Source of the DNA: Dimorphilus gyrociliatus
Taxonomy: Eukaryota; Animalia; Annelida
Direction: 5' to 3'
Assembly: GCA_904063045.1 (NCBI GenBank)
Contig: CAJFCJ010000027.1
Location: 62,001-126,000 of the forward strand
DNA length: 64,000 bases
Every line of letters starts with the position of its first letter. The first letter of the stretch is position 1. The notes below the pieces were generated by a model, which was not told where the DNA came from, searched no databases, and was given only the letters and a program-made list of their open reading frames with translations. Both the position numbers and the translations under genes were made by a program. This document shows, piece by piece, positions 1 to 12,750 of this stretch.

Positions 1-402
1 AGAATAATAATAGTTAACAAGGTGAGAATGAGAGAGAGAAGGGGCAAGGGGCGAATAGTACAAGACACGCCTTACAAATTATCAAAGACTAAGCCTCACC
101 TTTAGAGTAATGTTCAACTTTCAAGGTTAATTTATTAAAATAATATACGCGTCTCTGGTAAAGGTTCGCTTTTTATAACTTTTAGGGCTAATTTTTTTTT
201 TTAAAAAAGCAAAAAGAAAAGATGAAAAAGAAATATACAAACACTAAAAAACTTGTACTATACTTGAGTATTAAATATTATAGAATACATTGAATTAGTC
301 CTACAGAGAGGGCGTGTTTTTTTAGCATGACGTATAGAGAAGCCAGTACATAATTAATCCGAGTACCAGCTTCACTTGACGATTTGGCAGACTATTTAGA
401 AG

Positions 403-1439
403 GTATGTTCATCCTCTTTCTTTTAGTTTCTCTCCACCCGTCATTCTTTTCCCCAGCGAAACAGTTTCTGAATATCCCGAAGAAACTATTACTAATCAGC
501 AGTTATCTGACTCAACGACTTGCGAAAGTTTTACTTCTTTCGCATATTCTGTTTTCGCTGTCCATACGGTTGTACGTGCGTTGTTTACCTTTGAACGACT
601 GTAGAGTAGACGGGTGTCAGTTTTGCAGCCAACAAGTTGATTTTAGACAAAAATTAGCATCGTCGTTAGAACCTATTCTGAAGTAAATACTTAATATGTC
701 AATTTGAAAGAATAATTTATGAAAAAACTAGAATAAATGAATGGTATATATGAATATTGCTTATAAAAAATGTATATGTATATACAGTCTATGTATAGAT
801 AGAAACATATTTATTTATAGTTCATAAACTCGTGTAAAATCCTAATCAATAAAAGTTTTAATACAGCATAGAATACCTATTCATTACGTTCATTAGGGCT
901 ATAATAGACAAATCAAGTAAGTAATCAATGTATAAATGCATTAATCAGTCAATCAATTAATTATTGATCGATCGATCTATCAATCAATCAATCAATCAAT
1001 TGATATATATATATATATTGATATCGGTCAGTTAGTTAATTCATTCATTAGTTCTTTCGTCCATCCATCCATTCATTCATTCATTCATTCAACAGTCTAT
1101 CGTGCGCATGCACGTCCTGCCGAATGTAATAGCGTATATTTGCACAATACAAGTTGGAATAAATTACAATGCTGATGCGCTATAATCCAGCACGCGTGCC
1201 AACATCGAATATAACGTAAATTATTATTTATTAGATTATCATAAAATAGTCTATAAATAACTTACTGAAAGAAAAGGGCCTTTACATAATGGATAGATGC
1301 GTAGAGAGTATATATACGTACGTAAAATATACAAGAATACATTCTGCGTAGCTGGAAAGATAAAAGAAACCCATCAACCAAACAACGTTATCACACTTAA
1401 TTTTTCATGTAAAATAGCACTCTTCACTCTTTATTGCAG
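403..1439 (+). other. Probable 5'-UTR intron of the TRPV-like gene
   Basis: Consensus donor AG|GTATGT at 403; pyrimidine-rich acceptor ctcttcactctttattgcag ending at 1439. No transcript evidence is available. Confidence 0.5.
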
Positions 1440-1441
1440 TC

Positions 1442-3466
1442 ATGTCAAATCCGCCGGTTTCGAAGGAAAGTTCGGTTTCGTCCGACTTCTCAGATATTGT
1501 TCAACACAAGAATAAAAGAAACGCTTTCAAGAATGGAGCTGCGGCCATTCTCTACGCTTCGAACGGTAAGGCCATACCAGTTTCGGCCTCTCCCAACGAA
1601 CCGGCCAATGGAAGCGATCAAGAGATGCCTCTGCTCATGTATCAGACGTGGTTCGACGCAATAGAAAAGGACGATCTTGAAAGTGCAAAGCGAATTCTAA
1701 CCGGTGTTCGAACCGAAGTGGATATAATGCTCAACGGCAAATTCGAATTTCACTATTTTACCAACAGTTCAAAGAATAAAATCTGGAAGCAAAAGAATAA
1801 AACTCTACCCTGCTTTTTCCAACGTCCAGTAGTTTTGGCGGCAGTTTTCAGATCGAAGGAAGTACTGAAATTCATATTGAATCAGGGGGCAGATATCTAT
1901 TTGAACGACGGTGGCGATAACAACATTATACACGCAATTGTTTGGGGTGCGGCTCTTCAACCGGAATACGAGAACGAATACAAGAAAATCTATCGTATGA
2001 TAACTGATTCTCTATCGAGACAGGAGCAGAAATCATTGCTAATGAGGGAGAACGCCGACGGTCTTAGACCGTTAGAGTTAGCGGCCAGATTAACAACTTT
2101 CTATCTGTTCATAGCGATATTCAATACGGAAGGCGTTTACGTTCACAATAAAGGCAGACTGGGAGCGTACGTTTGTAAATGGTACGACGTAACAGACTAC
2201 GAGAGTATCGACAGTAAAAGTAGACGAAATAGATCTCCCTTGAGGATATTTACTTTTATCGAAAAGGAAAGACTGCAAAATGCATCTACGAGAGAAATTA
2301 TGCTCAATAATAAGGCCATATCCAAATGGATAGATATTAAAATCCAGAGTAATACTTTGCACTTGATTTTTTGGTTCTTGGCTCGTGTCTCTTATACAAT
2401 GCTCTTCTTGGTCTACGCCAATAGCAACTACGAAGAGTCGGATAGTAGGTCTGCTATGAGATCTGTTTCGACTCTATCGTCGTCGTCGTCAGTCATTCTA
2501 TCCTCGACGTCGGTCTTATCGCCATCCAGTTCCTCCTCATCTTCCTCCTCCTCTTCTTCCAGCGAACCTTCGTCCATCTCTTCGTCGAGAAACTCATCAA
2601 TAAACCCATTACCGGGTGGTCGGTGTTCTTTTCCTCTATTCACAATAAGTGATACTGTTCGCCAAGTTATCCTCTATATAACGCTCATCTATTCATTCGT
2701 AATCGTACTATTCGACATAACGGAGGGGATTTTCTCAACAGTGAGAAGAAATCAGGATAAGCGATGTCAACACGTTCAAGGAAGCAGACATTTTGTAGTT
2801 CGAACGAAATTCTATCGTTTTTGCAATTTTCTACTAGCAGTTTTCGTCCTACTCTTTATTTTGGGTAAAACCAAAGGTTGGGAAGATCTCATGACAAAAT
2901 CATTTATGATTGCAAACATATTGAATATATGGAGTCTGCTATTCTTTATACAATTTGTCCCTGCACTTGGTCATTTCGTTACAATTATTCAGAGAATGTT
3001 CAAGGACATGTTCCATTTTCTTATTCTGTATATTCTGTTGTTCTTTAGTTTCTCTCAGACTTTTCACAATCTCTTCTATATTAAAGGAATATGTACGAGC
3101 GAATTTAAAGATCCGTTTATAAGCACTTATTCGTCGTTTAGAATTATGCTCAACATGCTCGAACTAACCGATTTGAAAATTGACAATCTTACGGACGTCG
3201 CTATCCTTCACGTTGCCTACGTCATCATTGTACCAATTCTTTTGGTTAACTTTCTTATAGCTTTGATGAGTAATTCTGTATCGGAGGTGGCCGAAAATCG
3301 TTATTTAATTATGGCATTACAGCGTTTAAACGCCGCTCTACAGGTAGAGAGTCGTTTTGGTATGCACATATCAGTCTTGTATAAGAGTATTCAAGACAAA
3401 CTTTTAGTTACCGCCGAAGGTCGAGTCTACGTAGAATGTTTTGCCTTGAAGGAAGATGAACAATAA
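1442..3466 (+). CDS. TRPV-like (ankyrin repeat + 6TM) cation channel, 674 aa, coding region in a single exon
   Basis: 2-kb ORF. Ankyrin-like segments (RPVVLAAVFRSKEVLKFILNQGAD, DNNIIHAIV, ENADGLRPLELAA), TRPV-like linker (WYDVTDY...SPL), S4-S5 (LGHFVTIIQRMFKDMFHF), pore helix (SSFRIMLNM) and S6 (ILLVNFLIALMSNS). An acceptor (ttattgcag, ending 1439) lies 2 nt before the ATG. Confidence 0.9.
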   Translation: MSNPPVSKESSVSSDFSDIVQHKNKRNAFKNGAAAILYASNGKAIPVSASPNEPANGSDQEMPLLMYQTWFDAIEKDDLESAKRILTGVRTEVDIMLNGKFEFHYFTNSSKNKIWKQKNKTLPCFFQRPVVLAAVFRSKEVLKFILNQGADIYLNDGGDNNIIHAIVWGAALQPEYENEYKKIYRMITDSLSRQEQKSLLMRENADGLRPLELAARLTTFYLFIAIFNTEGVYVHNKGRLGAYVCKWYDVTDYESIDSKSRRNRSPLRIFTFIEKERLQNASTREIMLNNKAISKWIDIKIQSNTLHLIFWFLARVSYTMLFLVYANSNYEESDSRSAMRSVSTLSSSSSVILSSTSVLSPSSSSSSSSSSSSSEPSSISSSRNSSINPLPGGRCSFPLFTISDTVRQVILYITLIYSFVIVLFDITEGIFSTVRRNQDKRCQHVQGSRHFVVRTKFYRFCNFLLAVFVLLFILGKTKGWEDLMTKSFMIANILNIWSLLFFIQFVPALGHFVTIIQRMFKDMFHFLILYILLFFSFSQTFHNLFYIKGICTSEFKDPFISTYSSFRIMLNMLELTDLKIDNLTDVAILHVAYVIIVPILLVNFLIALMSNSVSEVAENRYLIMALQRLNAALQVESRFGMHISVLYKSIQDKLLVTAEGRVYVECFALKEDEQ

Positions 3467-4504
3467 ACTTGATTGGCAATCAGTCGAGTTTAGTTCGTTT
3501 GGGAGGGTGTAATAAAGGTGAGAAAGATAGTATACGAGTGGGAACAAAGAAGAAAGAAGAACACCAACAACAACAACAACAATAGCAAGACGAAGCAGAA
3601 GCAGCACAAGAAGAACAACAACAAGAAATAGAAGAGAGGACAAATCAGACAAAACTTTTTCTGTTCCGTTTCCTCCTCTCTTTATGCTGTAATTTCTGTA
3701 TATTTGAGTGTAAATATGTGTGCTTGCCTATTACGTTTCTTCTGGTACTTCACACTATTTCCAGTTTAATCGTCTATTTCTGTAATATATGAAAAAGAGC
3801 ACAAGAAAAGATTATGAAAGCGTTGAGTGCATATGTTCTTTGCTGCCATTTTCTATCTCTCTTTCTCTTTCAGAGGGAGGAGATGCGAGTGTGTAAATAG
3901 TTAAAATGTACTCATTTATTATGGCACTTTATATAGAATATTTTATGTATGAAATGACTCTTTTGTTTTTAATACATTAAGAAAGAGGAGAGAATGGAAC
4001 ATGATCGCATTTTCAATGATAAATATGATGAAATTATTTTTCACTTTTCTTTCAATATTTTATATTGTCCTTCTCGTTTTGTTCTTTACTCCTTCCTCCC
4101 TTTCATTTCTGTATTACATCAAATATACAAATATATCGGTACTTATCTATTTATATTAGCGGTATTATAATTTTTATAGGCCTAAGCTAGGATTTTTTTG
4201 TTCTGTTTCTTTTTTCTCTCTCTCTCTCTATATATATAAATATATAGATATATATTAGTATATATACAGTGTTTGTTTAACCATACGCCTATCGGTCTGT
4301 CTTATCACTGCCTAGATAATGTAGGACTACACTCTATCGAATGAATAATCACAGGCGAGAAGAGCGACATCTGATGGTTATGAAAATAAGCAGGCCTATA
4401 GCTCACAGTATCAACAACATTTGGCCTGTTGACTAATATCAACAGCTGTCGAGTTTCTACAGACGTTTCAAAAGCATTCAAAGACGAAAATTTCAAGCGA
4501 AAAC

Positions 4505-4849
4505 ATGTCGAACATAAACAGTTTAGAAGACAAATACGAGCATTACAATTACGATTTAGAAGTTGAGAAACAAATGTATTCTGGACACAGGTATGCAATC
4601 GCTTCAATAACATTGTATTATCGCTCATACTCTTAATTATTTTAGTCCATAATTTCTTTTTTCTTTGTTGTCTATTTCGCAATTTGTCATTAAAAAAACC
4701 AAATTATTCATTTAGTCAGATATGCAAAATCTTCTTCTGAGTAATAACAATTACTAGAAAGGAAAATTTGGTGAAAAGCAGTTGACCTACTGCAATGGGC
4801 ACTTGCATATTTCTCAAATACTCTAGTCCTGTATTAGATTAATATTAAG

Positions 4850-4891
<42 letters not shown>

Positions 4892-6040
4892 TCCGAGTCT
4901 GTGTATTTCTATTTCCTTTGAACGTATTTTCCATTTAGAGTTGACTCTAGAAAATGAAAAACTAGTTTGTAATGTAGATATTACGTATATGACAAGTATA
5001 AAATGACCCAGTTGCATTGTTTTTTTTCTATTAATAGATCTGTTCAATCAATTGTTGCGTTCAAAACATTCGATACATTCCATTTTCATTACTAAAGGGG
5101 AAAAAAGAACAGAATAGAGCGCTTTCTAGTCTATAAATGCACCTGAAAGATCAAGTAATATTATTGTATTTCGTAGAAGAAAGTGGGGAAAGGGAGAAGG
5201 GAGGGGGGTCGGAAGGGTGGAGAGAGGAGGAGTAGGAGGAGGAGGAGGATGATGATGATGATGATGATGTTAAAATATTATGTTGTTATGTAATCAGTCG
5301 CATCTCTCTCCAATTCTACGTGACATTTATTTTGTCCTACTTTTACCTATGAAAATATACAAAAAATTGAAGGTGAAATGTTCGAAAATAACAAGCTATA
5401 ACAAGTTTTCAAACATCTCTTTTCAATGATTGTTTTATCAAGTTGATAACACACTTATATATATATATATATATATTTATGTATATACGTATTACAAATT
5501 TACAAAATAACTAGGCTATCTAACTGTATCTGTATGTTATTTTCGATATGGATCAAAAATATCTATCTAGGTACAGTGTTTCGGTGTTGTGCAATAGGAA
5601 AAAAAAAACATACCAAATAGGCTTAAGATTGTCTAGGTAAAAAAAAATGTCTTTTTTTTTTCGATACGCTTATCTATATATTTTTAATTATTCAAACAGT
5701 TGCAACATTCTTTTATTATATTTGTTTTAATATTAATATTCAGGATGATTGAATGGAAAATTTGTTTTTTTTTTAATTCTACTCTTTCCATTGCTTCGTT
5801 GTGGATCGTTTTTCTCTCTTCCAGTCCAATATTCAATTGGGAAGTTTTTCTATTTATATAGACATATAGTTGGTCCATTAATCTTTCAAGTTGTAGCCAG
5901 ACATTTCAACAGACTGTTGCTATACCCTTGAATAATATAGATACTGAACAGACTGTTTAAATCTCACTCTCGTCGGCATATGCACTGTTTAAATATGCAA
6001 ATACTTTGCATATTTATATTTATAGATTTTAAAAACAAAA

Positions 6041-6072
<32 letters not shown>

Positions 6073-6683
6073 CAGTATATATATGAGAGAGAGACAAAGA
6101 AAGAGACAAATAGATTGATTGAGTAACAGACTAGCTATAATCTTTTTTCTCGTCCTGTTGTTAAACTTTAACCGATTAGACAAGAAACATAAAAATGTAG
6201 ATATGAAATAAAAAATTCAGGTCTTCTTTTTTTACTTCTTTTTGGAATAAATTAACATATCTATTGGTAGCAGAAAATCTTGTATCGCATAATACGTAAA
6301 CGTGTATATATATATAGAAAACTGATAAGGTGTCCTGAAACTGGTCTGTCTCAAAAGTATGTTAGTTCTCTCTAGCGTTTTTAGTGAACGAAAACTAGTG
6401 TCCTATAGGACAACAGTGCTTTCTCTTTGCAGAGAAATGTAAAAGGATATTTAAAACAGGGTTTTAATTGTTAAATATTTATTAATTTATTTAGTTATTG
6501 TGTTTGCACATGCACTCGTTTTTTTACATTGTTTTATTCTTTTATTGCAGCGGTAAAGGTAGAACCAAGAAGGAGGCTGAACAACATACTAATCATACCG
6601 ATCCCGGTGGTCATACTCGTAAAACTACTGCAAAACTCATGAATAGTCACGAAAAAGAAAAAACTCAAAATGGAAGAAAGTAA
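4505..6683 (+). CDS. NUPR1: Nuclear protein 1 (p8/NUPR1) family stress-response protein; join(4505..4590,6551..6683), 72 aa; possible alternative end via 6792..6864 (95 aa)
   Basis: Spliced translation MSNINSLEDKYEHYNYDLEVEKQMYSGHS|GKGRTKKEAEQHTNHTDPGGHTRKTTAKLMNSHEKEK matches the p8 signature (GRTKREA..NTN...PGGHERK...KL.NSE; invertebrate YEHYN..D..K...SGHSGK). Donor CAG|GTATGC at 4591, acceptor ttttattgcag ending 6550, phase 2 on both sides. Confidence 0.9.
4850..4891. repeat. Compound (TA)n(GA)n microsatellite in the NUPR1 intron
   Basis: Read directly; representative of dozens of TA, GA/CT, GGAT, AGAT, ATTC and GAA tracts across the window. Confidence 0.95.
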
Positions 6684-9178
6684 GCCTCAAAGGCTTCGTC
6701 TTCTATCGATTTGGTCTTTCATAGTAAGGCCACATAATATTGCATATATTGAACTATTCAAGCAAATTTCTTAATATAATTTTATTTATAGGGATTTGCG
6801 ATTCTGGATTAACGGAGAGGGTTCTGAAATACTCGGCACAAACAGATGCTTTTTAACTGACTGATGTGTTGAGTCATGCTCAGTATATAAATTTAAAATA
6901 TATACACGTATAAATATATATATATATTAATGTATATGTATATATCTATATATAGATCTATATATATATATATATATATACATTAATTTATATTTATATG
7001 TAGGTGTTCACAATAATAATAAAAATACAGACATACGTACCTACATTCATGCATACACACAAGATAAAAACAACCTAAAGTAACCTAAAAATATGTTTAC
7101 AGTTGCCTATTTCACTTTGGAAATAAACGAAAATGTGAATGCATTCTTTTTCTATCTTGCTTGAACGGTTAATAACAAGAGATGAGGTACAATATATATA
7201 AAATGTATATATTTTACTCTCTAAAAGGCAGTTGACGTTAGTCTTATCAAGTAAATTGAATTTTTTAACGAAATCTGCCTTCTTTATACCGTTTTCATTT
7301 CTAAATATACGAAAAAAAGAATGTAAAGTGAAATAACGCCTAATATAAAACTTTTATTCATTCGTTTATTCATTAATTTTTTCCTTCTTTCTACCCATTC
7401 GTCTATCTACTCTCTCCTTCTCTCTCTCTCTCTCCCTCTGTGTTAATAAGCTATTACCTCCGTTAATCGACGAGCAAATTAAAAGTTTGCTTTCAGTCTA
7501 CTAGCTAAGATAGATATGATAAAAGAAGCGGTTAGTTTAGGAATAGTAGTGAGTAGCTTCTCTTCGCTCTTTAGTCTTCCTATTTGTTCCAACTGAACCT
7601 TTTCTCCCTACCTAGCTGCAGTTAATTTATTAGTAATAGAAAAATTGACAAATAAAACAAATACATAAACATGCTTATTCGTTATATATAAACTATTAGT
7701 CTATGTAGCAATCTATGTCCTGGATTGTAGAATAAACTTATCACTCTCTTTATCGTGAATCGTTAAAGAGGTGAATTTCATTTTGTAGGTTGAATTTTTT
7801 TATTGAAATAGCATAAGAAACATAAAAAAGAGCTGTGTCCGATAAATGTAATAAAAGAAAAAAACTAATATGGCTGCCAGAAAAAAAGGCCGTCAAGTGA
7901 TTAGATGTAACCAATAAATAAGTGTTCAACTTCTAGTGGGCAGTTTAGAATTGAAAGCGAAAAATTACTGCATTTGCCGACAAAGAGGGACTCGAAATTC
8001 AATCGATAAGATCCTAAAGATCGATCTGAATGTTCAATTGCCCCAACAGTAAAAGTATCAGCACCGGTCTGTTTGCAGTGCCATGAATAATTCTACTCTG
8101 CAGAGAAACCGAGAGTAAAGGAGAGATGAGAAAAGAGTGCGTAGCGTTCTTTTAATGTTCAGTTATCTAATATATCCTCTAAATAAAATAAGAAATGAGG
8201 TAAGATTTCAGATAGAGAAAGATTTCTGAAGGAGATCAGAATCTTCATCTCGTCAATGTTCTCTGTCATCACTAACAGAGAAAACAGAATGCAGAAGGCA
8301 AAGGGAGAAGGATGAGAAAGGTAGAAAAACGTTAGGTAGCAATTAGTCGTCAATGAAATGTTCGTAGAGATAAATCAATCAAAGCGTTTTGCATTCAAGA
8401 AACGTCCAACTTAGTGACTAAAGTATTCGTTAATTGAGAGTGAAAATTAGCCTATTTTCTATCTAATTGCTTTATCGTTAAATTATTCATAAATCTACCG
8501 ACGAACAAGTGATGAAATAAAGGAACAGATTATTTCAGTCTTGATAGACGAGAATAAAGGAGCGAGTGGAAGATTAGCATAAATAGATGGATAGATGGAT
8601 AGATGGATGGATGGATGAATGGATGGATGAGGGAAGAAGAGAGCTAGACGAACAGAAGGGAGAAAGTTGAGTACAATATAAATTGAAAAGGTCCAAGTGG
8701 AAAGATACGTGGGAAGCCATAGCAAACAAGAGTTTAGTTGGATAGGATAGATACTATAGATAGATGGATGGACAGAGCATTGAAAACCTAAAGAGTGTTT
8801 AATTCTTTGCCAATTAAAAAATATTCAATTTTTTTCAACGTTTTGAGGAATAAATGAAAAACGTTTGTGTTCTTCTCTCCTTGTTTATTTATTTATTTCT
8901 TTCTCTATCTCTAATGTTGCTTTATTCTACTATCTTTTTGGTTAAATTACACAAATACAAACACCTACGGCCTATAGTTTATATAGGCATATACTGTATG
9001 TACAATATACATATAATATGGTATATGTGTGTGTTTTTCCCCAATGACATTTTCTATAAATTCCCAGGAACTAATCACCTTATAAACAAGCTCGACTAGT
9101 AACCCGAACCAACTAACTTCTATCAGCCTATCGATTTCGATATTTGAACAGCATTAACAGCTCTAAACAGTGCAAATC

Positions 9179-10239
9179 ATGTCAGGGAATAAAACGGCAA
9201 CAGAAGCACATTCTGCAAATAACGTATCGGCAAGGTCAGATTTTAGGAACGCCTTCCTTTCTCATTTCCCATTTGAAAACGTTCGCCGTAGAGAATTTCC
9301 CGGCTCGTCTTCCGCTCGTTTAACTGCTCATAAATCCATTGAATTTATAAACAAGGCCAGAATTTTTTGGTCAGAAAATCCTCAAGTTAACTATTCGGGG
9401 AGAACAACGAGAATAACGAGCGCTCCTCCAGTGCTTAGATCATCTCCCAATAATCAATTTTTGTCTCTTTCCATCGATAAGAATCGGGTACAAAGAGCTA
9501 AAAGTGCCGATAAAAAAATTTTTGATCCTTCGCTCTTCTCATCCGACGGCGTTATAATGTGGACAAACAACTCGAGTAGGAAGAATAAATATCCTGAAAG
9601 CTATGTTAGAATGATTGAAATTGTCAAGAAAATAAGGGACAAGGAGAAACCTAATTTACAAGAGAAAATATGTCTTACTTCAGTTGTTCAACAGCCTACA
9701 ACTAATAACATGTTACAAATTAATACTTCATCGCCGCCAAGAAAAGAGTACGATCTTGAGCTTCCGGTGAACAATTCACTTAAATGCCAAGATGAAAATA
9801 AGCCCTCGTCCAAAGATATGAAAAAGGATCAACACCATCCCAATCAATCTCATTCCCCCTCCTCACAGCATATTAAAAGGAATCGTCGGAGGCGTGTCCA
9901 TCAACGAAAGTTTGATGACAATTATCAGCTAGGAGAAGATATCGAAAAAGGAAGAGAAGATGGGAAGAAAGGAGGACGAGGAGGAGAATCTCATCGATCG
10001 AGACAATCCGATCGTCCGAAGACAGCCTACAAGAGTAAAAGCCCCAATGGAAATTACCATAGAAGAGAACATAGAGAGAATGCGAAGAAAAGAGATAATG
10101 AAATTGAAATAGAAGACAAGTATAACGACATGGAGGATTGTAACTATAAGGAACATTCTGAAAAAACCGAACAGAATCCAAACGTTCCGTGCAACACCGA
10201 AAAATCGTTTATTGACGATGACAACGACGATGTTTACAA

Positions 10240-10278
<39 letters not shown>

Positions 10279-11188
10279 TGGTGATGACGATGGCGCCGGT
10301 GGCTTCGGAGATGAAAATGATGTGGATAATGAAGATTATTACGAAGAAGGCGACAATATATATGACGATGGTGATGATGATAACGATGATGATGATGATA
10401 ATGATGACGACAACGATGACAACTATTATGATGAAGATGACGATGATGACGATTATAACGAGGAGGATGACGACGATGAAGTGGACAATATTTCCTGTAA
10501 ATTAAGAGGATTACGCGACGACGATGATAACGATAATATCTATTACGCTAACGATTACGAAGAAAGTACAAAGAAACTATTGAATTACTATGATAGAAAA
10601 GGAAGCGGAAAGCGAAATTGTAAAACTCCTTTAGGACAAACATCTTTGCACTCTATAATATCTACAACACCTTTTAATAGAGCTAATAAATCAAGATATA
10701 TGCCTTCGTTTGCCGCAAAACAGCAAGGAGCCAATTTTCTTACAGTAACCCCGGTAATTAGACCAAAATTTAATCGTAAAATATATGGAAAACCTCTACA
10801 GTCGAATCGTAAAAATTATAAATCGTCAATGTCGTCGGCTGAGAGGGAAAACAAACTATTCTTTTCGGAGAAAAACGTTAATTTTTTAGAAATTCATAAA
10901 CCTATTTTCTGTTCTAACGAAAAGATTCAATCGCCAACAACGACGCCCGCAGTGTCTTCTTCTCCACAATTCAAATCTAACAGTAATCAACTTCCTCTAA
11001 AAAAGACAAACAAACAGACCAATAACGTCAGTAACGGTCGAGTACGGTCAATGTTGAGATTTAATAGAGCCAAGGCGCAAAGGGAAAAGTGCGAGATAAT
11101 TGCTCTGAAAGAGGACGGAAAAAGGATGGACGATCTATGGATAAAAGGAAATGGTAATACAACTATCCGTAAGATAGTCATCTCTTAA
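9179..11188 (+). CDS. Uncharacterised low-complexity protein, about 669 aa, with a central Asp-rich tract and basic flanks
   Basis: 2-kb stop-free frame in AT-rich DNA; about 1 kb 5' and 0.7 kb 3' of the repeat are open and non-repetitive. First ATG at 9179 (in-frame TAA at 9164). No family motif recognised. An upstream exon cannot be excluded (acceptor-like aacag ends at 9170). Confidence 0.7.
10241..10276 (+). repeat. (GAC)12 coding microsatellite within a longer GAY/AAY Asp-rich tract (about 10210-10490)
   Basis: Read directly from the sequence. Confidence 0.95.
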
Positions 11189-12082
11189 GGAGGAAGATGT
11201 AGCGATAGAAAGAGGGGGAAGGGAGGGAGAGATCGATATGAATAGACAGAAAAGTAAATCGTCAAATAGAGCGAGAGTTTCAATTGGGCGGTTCCCCTTT
11301 GTCTCCTCTTCCTCATCATTTATGAAATTGAGAAAATCTACAAATAAATAGTTCAAATTTCGTTACGAATTGTTGTCTTCCCCTCTAATAAATAATAAAC
11401 AGACTATGTTAGGTATAGCGTTTTAATCTATAATCTATACCTAAAACTACAAATATTTCCCTTAGTTACTAACATCTATATGAAGTAGAGTAGTCTACGA
11501 TTGTTTCTTTTTTTAGTTTTATAGTCCTTGTTATATATTTTCAAGTTTTCCATTCAAATTCAGTTAATCTCTTCCTCTCTCTCTCTCTCTTTCTTTGTTA
11601 AGTTCAAAGAGAACGTGACCTCTCAGTTTATTTATGAAACAGCCTACTTAAATATAGTTTTTCTAATATTCGGCTAATATCGTAAATACTTCATTTCTTA
11701 TCTTTATCCTTAAAGAGTTCTATCGATTAGAGTAGTAACTTGTTCCTTTTTCCATCTTAAATAGGATAGGATGAATTGAATGAGTAGAATTAATTGGATT
11801 TTATTAATGAATAAACTAAACATTTATCATATCTTTTACATGTAAGTTAGTTCTTAATGGGAAGCAGATAATAATTTCAGCAGATAGGCGTATTACAAAG
11901 AAGGAGAAGAAGAAGAAGAAGAAGAGGAGGAAGAAGATGAAGAAGAGATATTAAGGAAGCGGTATATAGTCAAAGTAGAGTAGCTCCGGATTATTACCAA
12001 AACTAGAGAGATAGATATATTTCTTTTACCGCTCGTAAATTAATTACATTTGAAAAAACAGAGACAAGAAAGAGATAAAAGC

Positions 12083-12120
<38 letters not shown>

Positions 12121-12750
12121 GAGACAAAGAGACTGAGACAGAGATATAAAGAAGGGCTTTACAAGAAACATATGTTTTTACGCTGTTATCAGTTTAATGT
12201 CAAATTTTATTGGACCAAATGTTGCTCCTGTTTGGTTCAAAAAGGCCTTTGTACGCAAAAAAGCTCTAAAATAAAGTTGATTGTCTTTTATTTCTTGCCT
12301 CTTAACTAACTTTCTACAATATTTCAACACTTAAAAAAAAACACTTGGACCAAACAATAGTTTGCTCCTCGAAGATAAAAAGGAAAAATACAAAGATAGA
12401 GAGAAAAGGAAAAGATATTTCAAATCGCTTTTTACAGAGGTAAAGTCAAACTATTTCTTCTTTATCACAATTTGCAGTTCCTCTCTCTATATAAATATCA
12501 TTTCGTAAATTGAATAAAGAAACATACACATACACATGAACACTCGCAGAAAAGTTCAAGGTCAAAAGAGTTGAATGAAAATGAAAAGAAAAGACCTTTT
12601 TTAATTAAACTGTTCAAGTGGAGTTTTCTTTATTCGGTGTTATTGTTTAATTGTTTTGATAAAGTAAGTTGATAACGATTTTTTAGAAGGAAATCAAAAG
12701 AGTGTTGAAAGTTGAAAGAAAGAAACAGATTTAGAAGATAATCAGAAAAG

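Noticed and set aside
384-686. 100-aa plus-strand ORF
   Set aside because: Starts at TTG and runs through a consensus donor at 403 into probable intron; no recognisable motif.
2090-2643. Antisense ORFs, including a Glu/Asp-rich 71-aa ORF
   Set aside because: Mirror images of the TRPV CDS and its poly-Ser codons.
4305-4682. 125-aa minus-strand ORF
   Set aside because: Antisense to NUPR1 exon 1; no protein-like features.
9873-10505. Overlapping ORFs, including a poly-Thr/Met frame
   Set aside because: Alternative-frame or antisense products of the Asp-rich CDS.
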